The notes: generated from the letters alone by a model not told the origin. 64,000 nucleotides of DNA from Bacteroidia bacterium (GCA_038206355.1 JBBRAY010000007.1:57350-121349), one strand, 5' to 3'. Positions 1 through 10,017 are shown, counted from the stretch's first letter. Made by a program: numbers and translations.

Positions 1-346
1 CCTTCATCTGTGAAGACTGAGACGCCACCTTTTTATCCTTTTTGGGCTCCTCTTTTTTATCTGGTTCTTTGCCCTTCTCTGCATCAAGTAGCGGTTTATA
101 ATCTTCTCCTTCTTTACCAAGAATGGCTAGAATTCCATCTACCGGAGCCGATGCGCCCTCTTCAATACCACGGTAGAGTAGAACGCCTTCCTGATAACTT
201 TCAAATTCCATAGTGGCTTTGTCCGTTTCAATTTCAGCAACGAGCTCACCTGTTTTTATTTTATCGCCTACTTTTTTATGCCACTTCGCAATGACGCCTT
301 CTGTCATCGTATCACTCATCTTGGGCATTCTTACTATCTCAGCCAT
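1..346 (-). CDS. pdhC: Pyruvate dehydrogenase E2, dihydrolipoamide acetyltransferase (5' part; runs off window start)
   Basis: Manual translation from ATG at 346: MAEIVRMPKMSDTMTEGVIAKWHKKVGD...EIETDKATMEFES, a lipoyl domain with the ETDKA motif; lies downstream of pdhA. Confidence 0.93.
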   Translation of the reverse strand, partial: MAEIVRMPKMSDTMTEGVIAKWHKKVGDKIKTGELVAEIETDKATMEFESYQEGVLLYRGIEEGASAPVDGILAILGKEGEDYKPLLDAEKGKEPDKKEEPKKDKKVASQSSQMK

Positions 347-461
347 ATTTTAAAATTTTACTTTTTGTTTTTTATTTTTTGGTATAAGGGAGACTCATAT
401 GAATATGAACTTCTCTGGTTTTTCTAAAATCTTACGTCTTACATCCAAAATCTTACTTCTA

Positions 462-1460
462 TTATTCCTCAATAATATAAGGATAATCTTCCTGCATATA
501 AACATCCTTATAAAGTTCCGACGGATCCGGATACGGCGATTCTTCAGCAAATTTTACGGAGTCATCCACTGTATCTGTAACCTTTTTTATGATGGCATTA
601 ATGTCTTCCTGTTTTGCCATTTTATTATCCATGATCGTTTTCAAAACCATCTCAACAGGATCTTTTGCTTTGTATTGTTCCACCTCTTCCTTCGTGCGAT
701 ACTTGGCAGGATCACTCATTGAATGGCCTTTGTAACGATAGGTATTCATCTCCAGAAGAGAAGGACCTTTACCGGCACGTGCATGTGCTACCGCTTTTTC
801 AATTGCATCATGAACATCTTCAACACGCATTCCGTCAACCGGTTCTGATGGTATATCATAGGCAAGTCCGAGCTTGTAAAGATCTGTAACGTTACTTGTA
901 CGCTCCACCGATGTTCCCATGGCGTAATTATTATTTTCAATAATGAATACCACAGGAATCTTCCATGTCATGGCCATGTTCAGCGTTTCATGAAAAGCAC
1001 CCTGACGAACAGCACCATCGCCCATATAACACAGTGTAACATTTTTTGTCCCGAGATATTTTTCAGCAAATCCTATCCCTGCACCAAGCGGAATCTGTCC
1101 ACCCACAATTCCATGTCCGCCGAAAAAACGTTTGTCTGAATCAAACATGTGCATACTTCCACCCTTGCCTTTACTGCATCCTGTGGCTTTGGCGAAAAGT
1201 TCTGCCATTACAGCACGTGCGGAAACTCCTTTCCCTAAAGCATGGGCATGGTCTCGGTATGCTGTGATCATATTATCCTCCGGCTTTAATACACTCATCG
1301 CTCCTGCAACAAGTGCTTCCTGTCCGATGTAGAGGTGACAAAATCCTTTGATCTTTTGCTGGCCGTACAATTGCCCGGCCTTTTCCTCAAACCTGCGCAT
1401 GAGTAACATGTCCTCATACCATTTGATATATGTCTCTTTTGAATATTTAAGTTTAGCCAT
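462..1460 (-). CDS. pdhA: Pyruvate dehydrogenase E1 alpha subunit
   Basis: GFCHLYIGQEA, TPP motif GDGA...NN, YRYKGHSMSDP; start likely MAKLK at 1460 rather than 1478. Confidence 0.96.
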   Translation of the reverse strand: MAKLKYSKETYIKWYEDMLLMRRFEEKAGQLYGQQKIKGFCHLYIGQEALVAGAMSVLKPEDNMITAYRDHAHALGKGVSARAVMAELFAKATGCSKGKGGSMHMFDSDKRFFGGHGIVGGQIPLGAGIGFAEKYLGTKNVTLCYMGDGAVRQGAFHETLNMAMTWKIPVVFIIENNNYAMGTSVERTSNVTDLYKLGLAYDIPSEPVDGMRVEDVHDAIEKAVAHARAGKGPSLLEMNTYRYKGHSMSDPAKYRTKEEVEQYKAKDPVEMVLKTIMDNKMAKQEDINAIIKKVTDTVDDSVKFAEESPYPDPSELYKDVYMQEDYPYIIEE

Positions 1461-1507
1461 AATGAAATAAAAAATCAATTTCCCTCTCTTCTTTTTTCAG
1501 AGATTGG

Positions 1508-1515
1508 CAAAGATA
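1508..1515 (-). promoter_or_regulatory. Bacteroidota housekeeping -7 promoter element (TATCTTTG) for pdhA
   Basis: caaagata on + strand equals TAnnTTTG on - strand, about 50 bp upstream of pdhA. Confidence 0.6.
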
Positions 1516-1613
1516 GATTTACAAATTGAAAAAGATAATTGAATTTATGTATGGATTCCTGTCTTTTTCCCTCAGGTAACTGTTCTATATTTGTGGAAGG
1601 GTTAAATGTATAT

Positions 1614-2147
1614 TTATATTCCTGATTCAGGAGGCTTCATTGTAAATCTGGAAGATTCTCCCCGCGCAATCGAAAGTGTTTTAAAATCTTTACCCTTGAT
1701 CTGCTTTGCGACATAAACGATCTGTCCGCAGTGATAAGCATAATGCGCAAGTTGCCTTTGCATAGCGCGTATCACCGTATGCGCCTCTTGTCTGATGTAA
1801 ACGGTTTTCATAAGGTCATTTTCATCCAGGCTTTTTAAGGATTCTAATAATACTTTCCATCCTCGGTTCCAGTATTCCATAAGTTGCTCCCGGCTTTTGA
1901 AATCATCTTCAAATTCACCGTCTCTGTGCCGGTTTACCTTTTCTCCGTCTGTAGTCAGAAAATCTGTCCAGCGGGATATCATATTGCCGGCGAGGTGTTT
2001 CATAATGATGACAATGCTGTTTGATTCTTCGTTCAATGCCCAATGAAGTTCACTGTCACCAAGTTGCTCCAATGCTTTCTCGGCATTTGACTTTAGTCCG
2101 CGAAAACTTTTAATTGATTCTTCGAGAAATAAATTTCCTGTGTTCAT
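1614..2147 (-). CDS. DUF1572 / DinB-like family protein
   Basis: ESNSI..I.KHLAGNM.SRWTDFLT.DGEK..R.RD.EF and HYAYH.GQIV motifs. Confidence 0.85.
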   Translation of the reverse strand: MNTGNLFLEESIKSFRGLKSNAEKALEQLGDSELHWALNEESNSIVIIMKHLAGNMISRWTDFLTTDGEKVNRHRDGEFEDDFKSREQLMEYWNRGWKVLLESLKSLDENDLMKTVYIRQEAHTVIRAMQRQLAHYAYHCGQIVYVAKQIKGKDFKTLSIARGESSRFTMKPPESGI

Positions 2148-2184
2148 TTCGGTTTTGTCTTTTTCCGTTTTTAAGAATTGAATC

Positions 2185-2679
2185 TCATGACTTCGCTTTC
2201 AAATCATCACCCGTAAACTGATGTGGTAGAAAATGCTTTATGCTATCAGCCACGAGTACCTTACCCGATTCCCCGACCATTATTAACCTGATTGGGTTCT
2301 GATACCTGTGCTCATACTCTGCAATGGCCTGACGGCAGGCACCACAGGGAGTTATTGGCTTGTCAATCAGAAATTGCTTCGACAACGCTGTTATTGCTAT
2401 TGCCTTGATTTTTACCCCGGGATAATTCGCCGCCGCTGCAAAAACGGCAACCCTTTCAGCACACATGCCAATAGGATAACTGGCATTTTCCTGATTATTT
2501 CCGAGTATCACGATTCCGTTTTCCAGTAGCACAGCAGCACCAACACTAAATCTGGAATATGGCGCATAGGCACTCATCACGCTTTTTCTGGCTTGCTCAA
2601 CCAGTTTTTTATCATCCTCGGGAAGTTCATCGAGTGATGCAAATTCAATAAATTCCGATACCCATTTAGTTTTATTCAT
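2185..2679 (-). CDS. cdd: Cytidine deaminase
   Basis: AYAPYS.F.VGAA, NQENASYP, CAER and PCGACRQ zinc motifs; ATG at 2679 chosen. Confidence 0.93.
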   Translation of the reverse strand: MNKTKWVSEFIEFASLDELPEDDKKLVEQARKSVMSAYAPYSRFSVGAAVLLENGIVILGNNQENASYPIGMCAERVAVFAAAANYPGVKIKAIAITALSKQFLIDKPITPCGACRQAIAEYEHRYQNPIRLIMVGESGKVLVADSIKHFLPHQFTGDDLKAKS

Positions 2680-2865
2680 CCTTTTGATTTTCAACTGCTA
2701 AAAGTAATACAAATGGTTTTATAAGCCGGTAATGATTTTTATTCGCCTCTAACAACCTTTTGAGCAGGCTATCGTATCATCTTTTCTCATATTACTTCAG
2801 AAGTAATTCAGGTTACGGGTAAAAAAAATATTTCATCTTTGCATTCCATTTTAAATCCTTTGGAA

Positions 2866-3651
2866 ATGAAAACAAACTTTTCAACCATTTTCCTTTTAAT
2901 TGCCATCCTTTTTATTGCATCATGTAAAAAAGAAGAAGGAGAAGGCGGTACCTCAACGATCAATGGTAAAGTGATGCTTAAAAAATATAATAACAGTTTC
3001 AACGCGTTGCTCTCTCATTCTCCTGCACCTGACGAAAGTGTTTATATCATTTATGGGAATGACCATGAAACCTACGATGATAACTACAAAACATCTTACA
3101 ATGGTGAATATGAATTTAAATACCTTCAAAAAGGCACCTATAAAATTTTCGCTTATACCACTGATACTTCAGGCGTTTCAGTAACCGGATTCGTGGATGA
3201 GAATAAACCAAAGATTCCTGTTTTTGCCTCCGTTGAAATTAAGGAAAACGGATCTACTGTTGCCGTTCCCGATCTTACCATTCTGAAAAATAATAAACAG
3301 GGTTCTTCCGTGATCAGGGGAAAAGTATTTTTAGAAAAATGGGACCCTACTTTTTCATTACCGGTTGATTCCTATTATGTTCATGATCAGGATGTATTTA
3401 TTATTAATGGCGATATTCATCAAACCTATTTTGATGATTATAAAACCTCTTGGAATGGGGAATATTTTTTCAACCAGCTTCCTATGGGTGATTACCGTAT
3501 TTTTGCATATACTCCTGATACTACAGGTCTTGCGATAAATGGTATAGTTGATTTTAATTTACCTAAGGTTCCTGTCTTTATTGATGTTGTTGTTTCAGGA
3601 AATGGCATGGAGATAATATTACCGGATATTGTCATTTGGAAGTTCAACTAA
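2866..3651 (+). CDS. Lipoprotein with two tandem beta-sandwich (carboxypeptidase-regulatory-like) domains
   Basis: Lipobox FIASC; two internal repeats of I.GKV...V(Y/F)II.G..H.TY.D.YKTS.NGEY.F..L..G.Y.IFAYT.DT. Confidence 0.7.
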   Translation: MKTNFSTIFLLIAILFIASCKKEEGEGGTSTINGKVMLKKYNNSFNALLSHSPAPDESVYIIYGNDHETYDDNYKTSYNGEYEFKYLQKGTYKIFAYTTDTSGVSVTGFVDENKPKIPVFASVEIKENGSTVAVPDLTILKNNKQGSSVIRGKVFLEKWDPTFSLPVDSYYVHDQDVFIINGDIHQTYFDDYKTSWNGEYFFNQLPMGDYRIFAYTPDTTGLAINGIVDFNLPKVPVFIDVVVSGNGMEIILPDIVIWKFN

Positions 3652-3668
3652 TTTAATAGTGTTTGCCA

Positions 3669-4232
3669 ATGAAAGTAAAATATATCCTTACTGTTTGTTT
3701 TCTTTTGTCCTTCAGTGCATTCGGACAAAGTAAAAAGGACATCAAAAAAAATAAAGTAAAATCGGTTTCCGTCAGTAAAACACTCACCAGAGATGGTAAG
3801 GAAGTTACGGTTAAAGACTCTTACGATAAGTATGACAATGATGGAAATCTGATTGAAGAGATCAACTACAACGACAGTGGGAATGTTAAATTTCATGAGT
3901 CTTATCTGTATAATAAAAGTGGGGATAAAACAGAGGAGATCCATTACAACAATGAAGGAAAAATAAAAAAGAAGTTTGTAACAAAGTATAATTCCAGCGG
4001 CGATAAGATAGAAGAAGCAGAATATGACGGCAACGGATCTCTCGTTGAGAAAAACATGTACTCTTATAGCGCCAACGGCGACCGAACAGCAGAAATCACA
4101 CTTGATGCCGGAAATACAGTTACTAAAAAAGTGACTAACCTTTACGATAACAAAGGGATGAAAACCGAACGCAGGACATACGATGGAAAAAACAACCTGA
4201 TCTCCGTGCGAAAATTCACCTACGAATACTAA
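3669..4232 (+). CDS. Secreted protein with YD-like ~23-aa repeats
   Basis: Signal peptide ending AFG-Q; repeated Y(D/N)..G.(K/L).EE..Y(N/D)..G units. Confidence 0.7.
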   Translation: MKVKYILTVCFLLSFSAFGQSKKDIKKNKVKSVSVSKTLTRDGKEVTVKDSYDKYDNDGNLIEEINYNDSGNVKFHESYLYNKSGDKTEEIHYNNEGKIKKKFVTKYNSSGDKIEEAEYDGNGSLVEKNMYSYSANGDRTAEITLDAGNTVTKKVTNLYDNKGMKTERRTYDGKNNLISVRKFTYEY

Positions 4233-4235
4233 ATT

Positions 4236-4988
4236 TTGACCCCCTACGAAAATAGTTTAACCGGTTTTGATCCCATCTCACTAAAAGAGATGGATAGCGT
4301 AAAGTTGCAGGACAGGGTGGATACCAAGTTTATGTTTCATGATGCGCTTATTCCCGAAGTATTTCAGGATATGATAAAGGATTACCGCGTCCTTGAAATT
4401 GCCGATTGCAGATATAGCAACTACGAAACGTTGTATTTTGATACCGATGATTTTTCATTGTATCTCCAGCATCATAACGGAAAGCAGAACAGATTTAAAT
4501 TCCGTTCGAGGAAGTACGTGGAAAGTAACCTCCACTTTTTTGAGGTGAAGTTTAAAAGTAATAAAGGACGTACAGTAAAGGAGCGATTCAAGCACCACGA
4601 AATCGTAAAGGAACTGGAAGGGAAAGCAAAAGAATTTTTAATTGACGTAAGCGGACATGACCCCCTAAAATATAAAGCCCAAATATGGGTAAACTATCGC
4701 AGGCATACTTTCGTAAGCAAGACGACACAGGAAAGACTAACGATTGATACCAACCTCACTTTCATGGACGAAAAAAGCCGGAAAACGTACGATGGGTTGG
4801 TGATTGCCGAAGTAAAACAGGGCTCTTCACGTGATAAGAGCAGCTTTATTTCACTAATGAGAAAATACCACGTCAGAGAAAAATCAATCAGCAAATATTG
4901 CCTGGGAGTGATAAGTTTGCACCCTGAAATAAAAAAGAATCGATTTAAACCGACATTAATTTACCTAAATAAACTACTTTCTGCATGA
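4236..4988 (+). CDS. VTC / polyphosphate polymerase domain protein (CYTH-like tunnel fold)
   Basis: DRVDTKF, YETLYFDT, KFRSRKY, FFEVKFK, ERLTIDTNL, VIAEVKQ, SKYCLG motifs; TTG start. Confidence 0.85.
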   Translation: MTPYENSLTGFDPISLKEMDSVKLQDRVDTKFMFHDALIPEVFQDMIKDYRVLEIADCRYSNYETLYFDTDDFSLYLQHHNGKQNRFKFRSRKYVESNLHFFEVKFKSNKGRTVKERFKHHEIVKELEGKAKEFLIDVSGHDPLKYKAQIWVNYRRHTFVSKTTQERLTIDTNLTFMDEKSRKTYDGLVIAEVKQGSSRDKSSFISLMRKYHVREKSISKYCLGVISLHPEIKKNRFKPTLIYLNKLLSA

Positions 4989-5617
4989 GTGATATGTTTT
5001 CCAATTTAGAAATGTTTGACAAACTGAGCGACAAGTTTTTTTGGCGCTTGCTTATTGACGTAATCAGTATGATCATTCTGGTGCGGTTTATTTATTTCCG
5101 CATTTACAGAAAGAAGGATTATCTCTTTACCTTTTTTCTATTCAACATCATCATCTTTATCATTACATATCTCCTCAATAAAGTAGATATGAGTATGGGT
5201 GCGGCTTTCGGATTATTTGCCGTATTCAGTATGCTCCGCTACCGTACAGAAGGAATTTCTACAAAGGATATGACATACCTTTTCATTGTCATCGCCATGG
5301 GATTAATAACGGCCGTCAGCAAAGGCACTTATTTCGAATTGATTGTAATTGATTTTATCCTGATATCTTTTACCTACGCACTCGATGGAAACTGGCTCGT
5401 CAGAAATGAAATGGCCAAGAATGTGATCTACGAAAATATTGATATGATACGTCCGGAAAACCATGAAGCCCTGATGGCTGACTTGCGCAGGCGAACAGGT
5501 CTTGATATCCACCGGTTTTCTGTAAACCGTGTTGACTTCCTCCGCGACGTAGCCAACATCAAGATCTACTATTACGAAGATACACTTCATAAACAGGCAC
5601 CCGCCAGAGTAAAGTAA
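4985..5617 (+). CDS. DUF4956 family membrane protein
   Basis: Several TM helices; GAAFGLFAVFSMLRYRT...KDMTYLF; C-terminal L.ADL..RTGL; ATGA overlap with the VTC gene. Confidence 0.85.
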   Translation: MSDMFSNLEMFDKLSDKFFWRLLIDVISMIILVRFIYFRIYRKKDYLFTFFLFNIIIFIITYLLNKVDMSMGAAFGLFAVFSMLRYRTEGISTKDMTYLFIVIAMGLITAVSKGTYFELIVIDFILISFTYALDGNWLVRNEMAKNVIYENIDMIRPENHEALMADLRRRTGLDIHRFSVNRVDFLRDVANIKIYYYEDTLHKQAPARVK

Positions 5618-5622
5618 TACCC

Positions 5623-6333
5623 ATGCGTGATGTAAAAGCAAGCGGAAAAAACAGGGGAAGTGTTTTACTTTATCTTTCCATTGTATTGGCTTGCCTTTCA
5701 TACACCCGGAATGTAGTCGCTCAGCAAAATGATTTTGGAATCTGGGGAAGCATTAACGTCAGCCATAAAATAACGAGGAACTTTTCTGCTACCGTTGAAG
5801 AGCAGTTTCGCTTTAACCGGAATGCATCAGCCGTCGCACAGTATTTTACAGATGCCGGAGTGGAATATTCCATCACTAAAAAATTAAAAGTTGCACTATG
5901 TTACAGGTTTACAAATAGCAATAAATATACTTATTACAGTAAACGTCACCGCCTATACGCTGACCTCAGCTACAAAATAAAATTTTCCCCTTTCCAGTTT
6001 TTGTTGAGAACGCGTTTGCAGGAACAGCAACAGGATATTTATTCAAGCGAGCATGGCTACATTCCTTCCTGGTACAGTCGGAATAAACTCACCGCAAAGC
6101 TTGACCTGAATAAAAAATATTCGCCTTATCTTGGAGTTGAAATGTTTTATGTTCTTTCATCACCAAATGATGACGGAAAGTATATTGACAAGTGGAGGTA
6201 TGCTGCCGGAATAGACTATGAATTCAACCGCGCCCATGGCATTGATCTTTATTATATGATTCAGCAGGATAGTAATGTAAAAGATCCCGTAACTGATTTT
6301 GTAGCCGGCATTGGATATTCCTTCAGCTTTTAA
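5623..6333 (+). CDS. DUF2490-like outer-membrane beta-barrel protein
   Basis: Signal peptide, DFGIW start of mature part, amphipathic strands, C-terminal GYSFSF. Confidence 0.7.
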   Translation: MRDVKASGKNRGSVLLYLSIVLACLSYTRNVVAQQNDFGIWGSINVSHKITRNFSATVEEQFRFNRNASAVAQYFTDAGVEYSITKKLKVALCYRFTNSNKYTYYSKRHRLYADLSYKIKFSPFQFLLRTRLQEQQQDIYSSEHGYIPSWYSRNKLTAKLDLNKKYSPYLGVEMFYVLSSPNDDGKYIDKWRYAAGIDYEFNRAHGIDLYYMIQQDSNVKDPVTDFVAGIGYSFSF

Positions 6334-6866
6334 CCGGCATTTCTAAACCAGATTTTTATTGTAACATCTTTTAGTGAATTCCGCATTTTAACGCCATGGA
6401 AATATTTCCAATACAATTAAGATGCGCAAAAACCCTTATTTACGAAAAGTGAAAAAACAGACTGCTGATGTCAGAAGCGATTTATTATGGACATTTCAAA
6501 TGCAGCCCATTTCCGACGAAGCCGACCAATTGCTGCGTAGCTGCAACGGAGCGTTACCCGGCAATAGCGGTAAATCTAGAAGGGTTAATAGAAACAGATT
6601 GATTTTAGTTTCTATTGCTCCATAAGTGCAAATGCCGGAATTTTTTTCTGCGGTTTCTTTTGCGCTGGCAAACGCAATAGAAAATTGCCTTCGTAACGCT
6701 TGATTTTTTCCACCCCTCCAACTGGCTCAAAAGCGCACCGGGCTTTCACCCCTTTTTTCTAAAAAAAGTGTCAAGGTTGAATTTTAAATAATCACATTTA
6801 ATATTCTAAGTTGTTCTAGATACAACATGGTGTTCAAAATCTATTATGGTTATGGGTAAAAAATCA

Positions 6867-7997
6867 CTAGGCCGAAATCGGAAGATTTTTCCTGTAACAC
6901 CTTTTTCTCTTGTGTTGAATATGCTCGTAATTTTTCCAGACCTGTATCGCCTTCTGATTCGTTTCAATAATTCCCGTCGTTTCCGCATACTTGGCGCCTG
7001 ACTTAAGCATGATTTGCTGCATCTCAGTTATCAGAATAGCAGGAACTCCCTGTGCCTGAAGTTTTGGATGTACCGCCGTAAGCAATATGTCAACGACCTG
7101 CGGGTGCCGCAAAGCATTCTTTATATAAGTCCATCCGAATGGCAGCAATTTTCCGTTTGCTTTTTGCATCGCCTCTGACAATGAAGGCATTGTAATAATA
7201 AATCCTGCAGGGTTTCTATCTTTATCCTCTACTACAAGTGCAAATGCAGGATTGATAAATCCCAGGTACCGATCAATATAGTATTGCTTCATTTTTTCAT
7301 TCAGCGGAATCATGCTGAAAAGATCGGAGAATGCTTCATTCAGTAAATTGAAAATTTTTTCACCGTAAGTCCTCAGTTCTTCTGATGTTTCAAATCGCTT
7401 TACACTTAATCCATATCTTTGTTTAATTGCTTCATTCAGCCGCATTGCTTTTTCCGGAACCTCTGCAAGCGTAAGCCGGAATTCAACCCAGTCCATTTCC
7501 TTTTCATATCCCAATTGCTCCAGGTGATGCTGATAATATGGTTGGTGATATTCAGAAGCAATAGATGGAAGATGATCAAAGCCCTCTACCAGTACGCCCT
7601 GATGATCCAGGTTGCTGAATCCCAACGGACCATGGATGGCAGTCATTCCGTTTTCTTTGGCCCAGCCCTCAGCTATTTTTAGCAATGCAGACGAAACGGA
7701 AATGTCATCAATGCTTTCAATGCGGGTGAAACGTGCAAATTTTTCCCCGGTTTTTTCAATTTCAAGATTATTGATGATGCCGCCTATCCTTCCTGCAACT
7801 TTTCCATCCTTATGGGCGATCCAGAATTTTGTTTTACAGAAGTCAAATGCAGGATTTGTTTTGGCCTGCAGTGCTTTTACTTCATCCTTTTTAATTGGTG
7901 GTACCCAAAAACGATTCCCTTTGTAAAGTATAAATGGAAAATTTACAAAAGTTTTTCGATCGGATAAAGTAGCTGCTTCTTTTATCTCAACAGGCAT
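6867..7997 (-). CDS. GNAT-fold acyltransferase, YghO-like / possible bacterial ceramide synthase family
   Basis: F..FP..LY....WVPP...DE...L....NPAF, GRI.GI, GPLGFSNLD..G.LVEGF, LLPFGW, ETN...WK.Y. Confidence 0.65.
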   Translation of the reverse strand: MPVEIKEAATLSDRKTFVNFPFILYKGNRFWVPPIKKDEVKALQAKTNPAFDFCKTKFWIAHKDGKVAGRIGGIINNLEIEKTGEKFARFTRIESIDDISVSSALLKIAEGWAKENGMTAIHGPLGFSNLDHQGVLVEGFDHLPSIASEYHQPYYQHHLEQLGYEKEMDWVEFRLTLAEVPEKAMRLNEAIKQRYGLSVKRFETSEELRTYGEKIFNLLNEAFSDLFSMIPLNEKMKQYYIDRYLGFINPAFALVVEDKDRNPAGFIITMPSLSEAMQKANGKLLPFGWTYIKNALRHPQVVDILLTAVHPKLQAQGVPAILITEMQQIMLKSGAKYAETTGIIETNQKAIQVWKNYEHIQHKRKRCYRKNLPISA

Positions 7998-8067
7998 TGT
8001 GTTTCGGTTTCTGATGGATAAATAACGAATAAATAAATGGCTTGCTAAAAGCCAATGTCTGACCGGC

Positions 8068-9117
8068 TTATATTTTCACCATCGATTTCAGATAATTTTC
8101 AATCAACCGCGGCACCGCAAATTTATGGATGTTATTTACTGAAACTATTTTCATGCCAACATCTTTATCTGCAGATGCACCACTGATCTCGAAAAATTTT
8201 GCAAAAATTGTTTGATGCGTAAGCTGATGTTTTATTGTTTTACTTTCAGAAATAAGAAGTTGCCCTTTTTTTGAAAAAAGTTTTTTGTACTCACTTGATT
8301 GTAACAACGTTTCTGTTGAAATGCGTTTGCCCGTTTCAATCAGCGGGAAATCATAAAGGTTCTTCCAGATATCATTCGCTGTCCGTTTCCGCAGCATGAT
8401 CTTTTTATCATGATGTATGAACAGATAATTGAAATACCTTTTCCTGATTTTAATTTTTGTTTTTTTTGCCGGTAACGCATCCACTTTATTTTTCATGAAT
8501 GCATAACAGGAACTGCTCAACGGACACTTTTCACAGGTGGGATTCTTTGGCTTGCACTGCAATGCACCGAATTCCATAATGGCCTGGTTGAAGTCATGCG
8601 GTTTATGATTGCCCATCAGCAAAAAAGCAGCATCGTAAAATTCTTTTTTCGCGGAGGAAGAATTAACAGGAGTCTTTATTCCAAGATAACGGCTCAATAC
8701 CCTGAAAACATTTCCATCAACAACAGCATATTTTTTATTGAAGGCAAATGATGCGATTGCAGCAGCAGTATATTCTCCTACTCCTTTAAGCGAAAGAATG
8801 TCCAGGTATTCCTCAGGAAATTTGGCTTTAAATCTTTTTACAACATCTTTCGCCGCATGGTGCAGGTTGCGTGCCCGGGAATAATATCCTAGCCCCTGCC
8901 ATAATTTTAAGATGTCGTCTTCTTTTGCACCGGCAAGCTCTTTTACCCCAGGATATCTTGAAACAAACCTGTTGTAATATTCAAGCCCCTGGTCAACACG
9001 CGTCTGTTGCAGGATGATTTCTGAAAGCCATATTTTATAGGGGTCTGATGTATGCCTCCACGGCAAATCCCTTTTATTTTTATGGTACCAGCCAATAATA
9101 ATTTCTCCGAATTGCAT
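8068..9117 (-). CDS. mutY: A/G-specific adenine glycosylase
   Basis: RDLPWR, LSEIILQQT, W.GLGYYSRARNL, VDGNV.RV, 4Fe-4S motif CKPKNPTCEKCPLSSSC. Confidence 0.96.
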   Translation of the reverse strand: MQFGEIIIGWYHKNKRDLPWRHTSDPYKIWLSEIILQQTRVDQGLEYYNRFVSRYPGVKELAGAKEDDILKLWQGLGYYSRARNLHHAAKDVVKRFKAKFPEEYLDILSLKGVGEYTAAAIASFAFNKKYAVVDGNVFRVLSRYLGIKTPVNSSSAKKEFYDAAFLLMGNHKPHDFNQAIMEFGALQCKPKNPTCEKCPLSSSCYAFMKNKVDALPAKKTKIKIRKRYFNYLFIHHDKKIMLRKRTANDIWKNLYDFPLIETGKRISTETLLQSSEYKKLFSKKGQLLISESKTIKHQLTHQTIFAKFFEISGASADKDVGMKIVSVNNIHKFAVPRLIENYLKSMVKI

Positions 9118-9137
9118 AATGCCTCTGTCTATATAAA

Positions 9138-9896
9138 TCAGAGGAACTTTATTTCTTTGAAAGCAAAGCGAACAATACTTCCATCCTCTTTCTTTAATAC
9201 CACACGGCCCTCATCTTCCACATCAATAATCTGAGCATTGAATATTTCACCCGAAGCTTCAAAAGAATTCATCTCGTAAAAACGATACAGTGATTGCAGA
9301 TAGTCGTTGTTGATGAGGTTAAAGTTCTGCGCTTTAATCTGAAGGTATCGCTTTTCCAGTTGCCGGCAGAGATTTACAAGGCAATCGTCAACAGAATAGG
9401 TATTCCCTGTCACCATTTTCATTGACACGGGATTCGGAATTTCCGGTGGGAAAATCTGCTGGTTGATATTTAGACCGATGCCACAAATCGATTGCAATAC
9501 CAGGCTTCCCCTCAGCGAATTTTCTATCAGCACACCACAGATCTTGTTATCGTCAACATAAATGTCATTTGGCCATTTTATTTTTGCAGGAATCCCGGCT
9601 TCATAAAGATAATCCCTCATCCCAAGCGCAATGGCTTTACTGATCAGGTATATTTTTTTTACCGGCAAAAATTCAGGCCTGAAAACCACACTCATCAACA
9701 GGTTGCTCCCCGGCTCACTGAACCATCTGGTCCCGCCAAGACCCTGCCCGGAATCCTGGTAATCCGCCGTTACCACCGTACCTTCAGGAACATTTTCCTT
9801 TAAAGTAAGGCCGCTCAGATACCGGTTGGTGCTTCCCGTTTCCTCCAGTTTGATCACCTTTCGCCCTGTAAATAATGTGGTAAGGTCCCTTTCCAT
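9138..9896 (-). CDS. birA: Biotin--[acetyl-CoA carboxylase] ligase (no HTH)
   Basis: STN, Q..G.G....W, IKWPNDI, K.CGVLIE, GIGLN motifs. Confidence 0.92.
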   Translation of the reverse strand: MERDLTTLFTGRKVIKLEETGSTNRYLSGLTLKENVPEGTVVTADYQDSGQGLGGTRWFSEPGSNLLMSVVFRPEFLPVKKIYLISKAIALGMRDYLYEAGIPAKIKWPNDIYVDDNKICGVLIENSLRGSLVLQSICGIGLNINQQIFPPEIPNPVSMKMVTGNTYSVDDCLVNLCRQLEKRYLQIKAQNFNLINNDYLQSLYRFYEMNSFEASGEIFNAQIIDVEDEGRVVLKKEDGSIVRFAFKEIKFL

Positions 9897-10017
9897 CTTG
9901 CTTATGCGAAGGTAGATGATTTTCAGCTATGGTATCAGGATTAAAATATTTTGCCCGCTTTAACGTACTTATGTTCGAAGTTGATAATTGACTGTTATAT
10001 GGTGCCCCTTTATCATG

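Noticed and set aside
1-1460. Missing pdhB between pdhA and pdhC
   Set aside because: pdhA-pdhC adjacency with pdhB elsewhere is a usual Bacteroidota arrangement.
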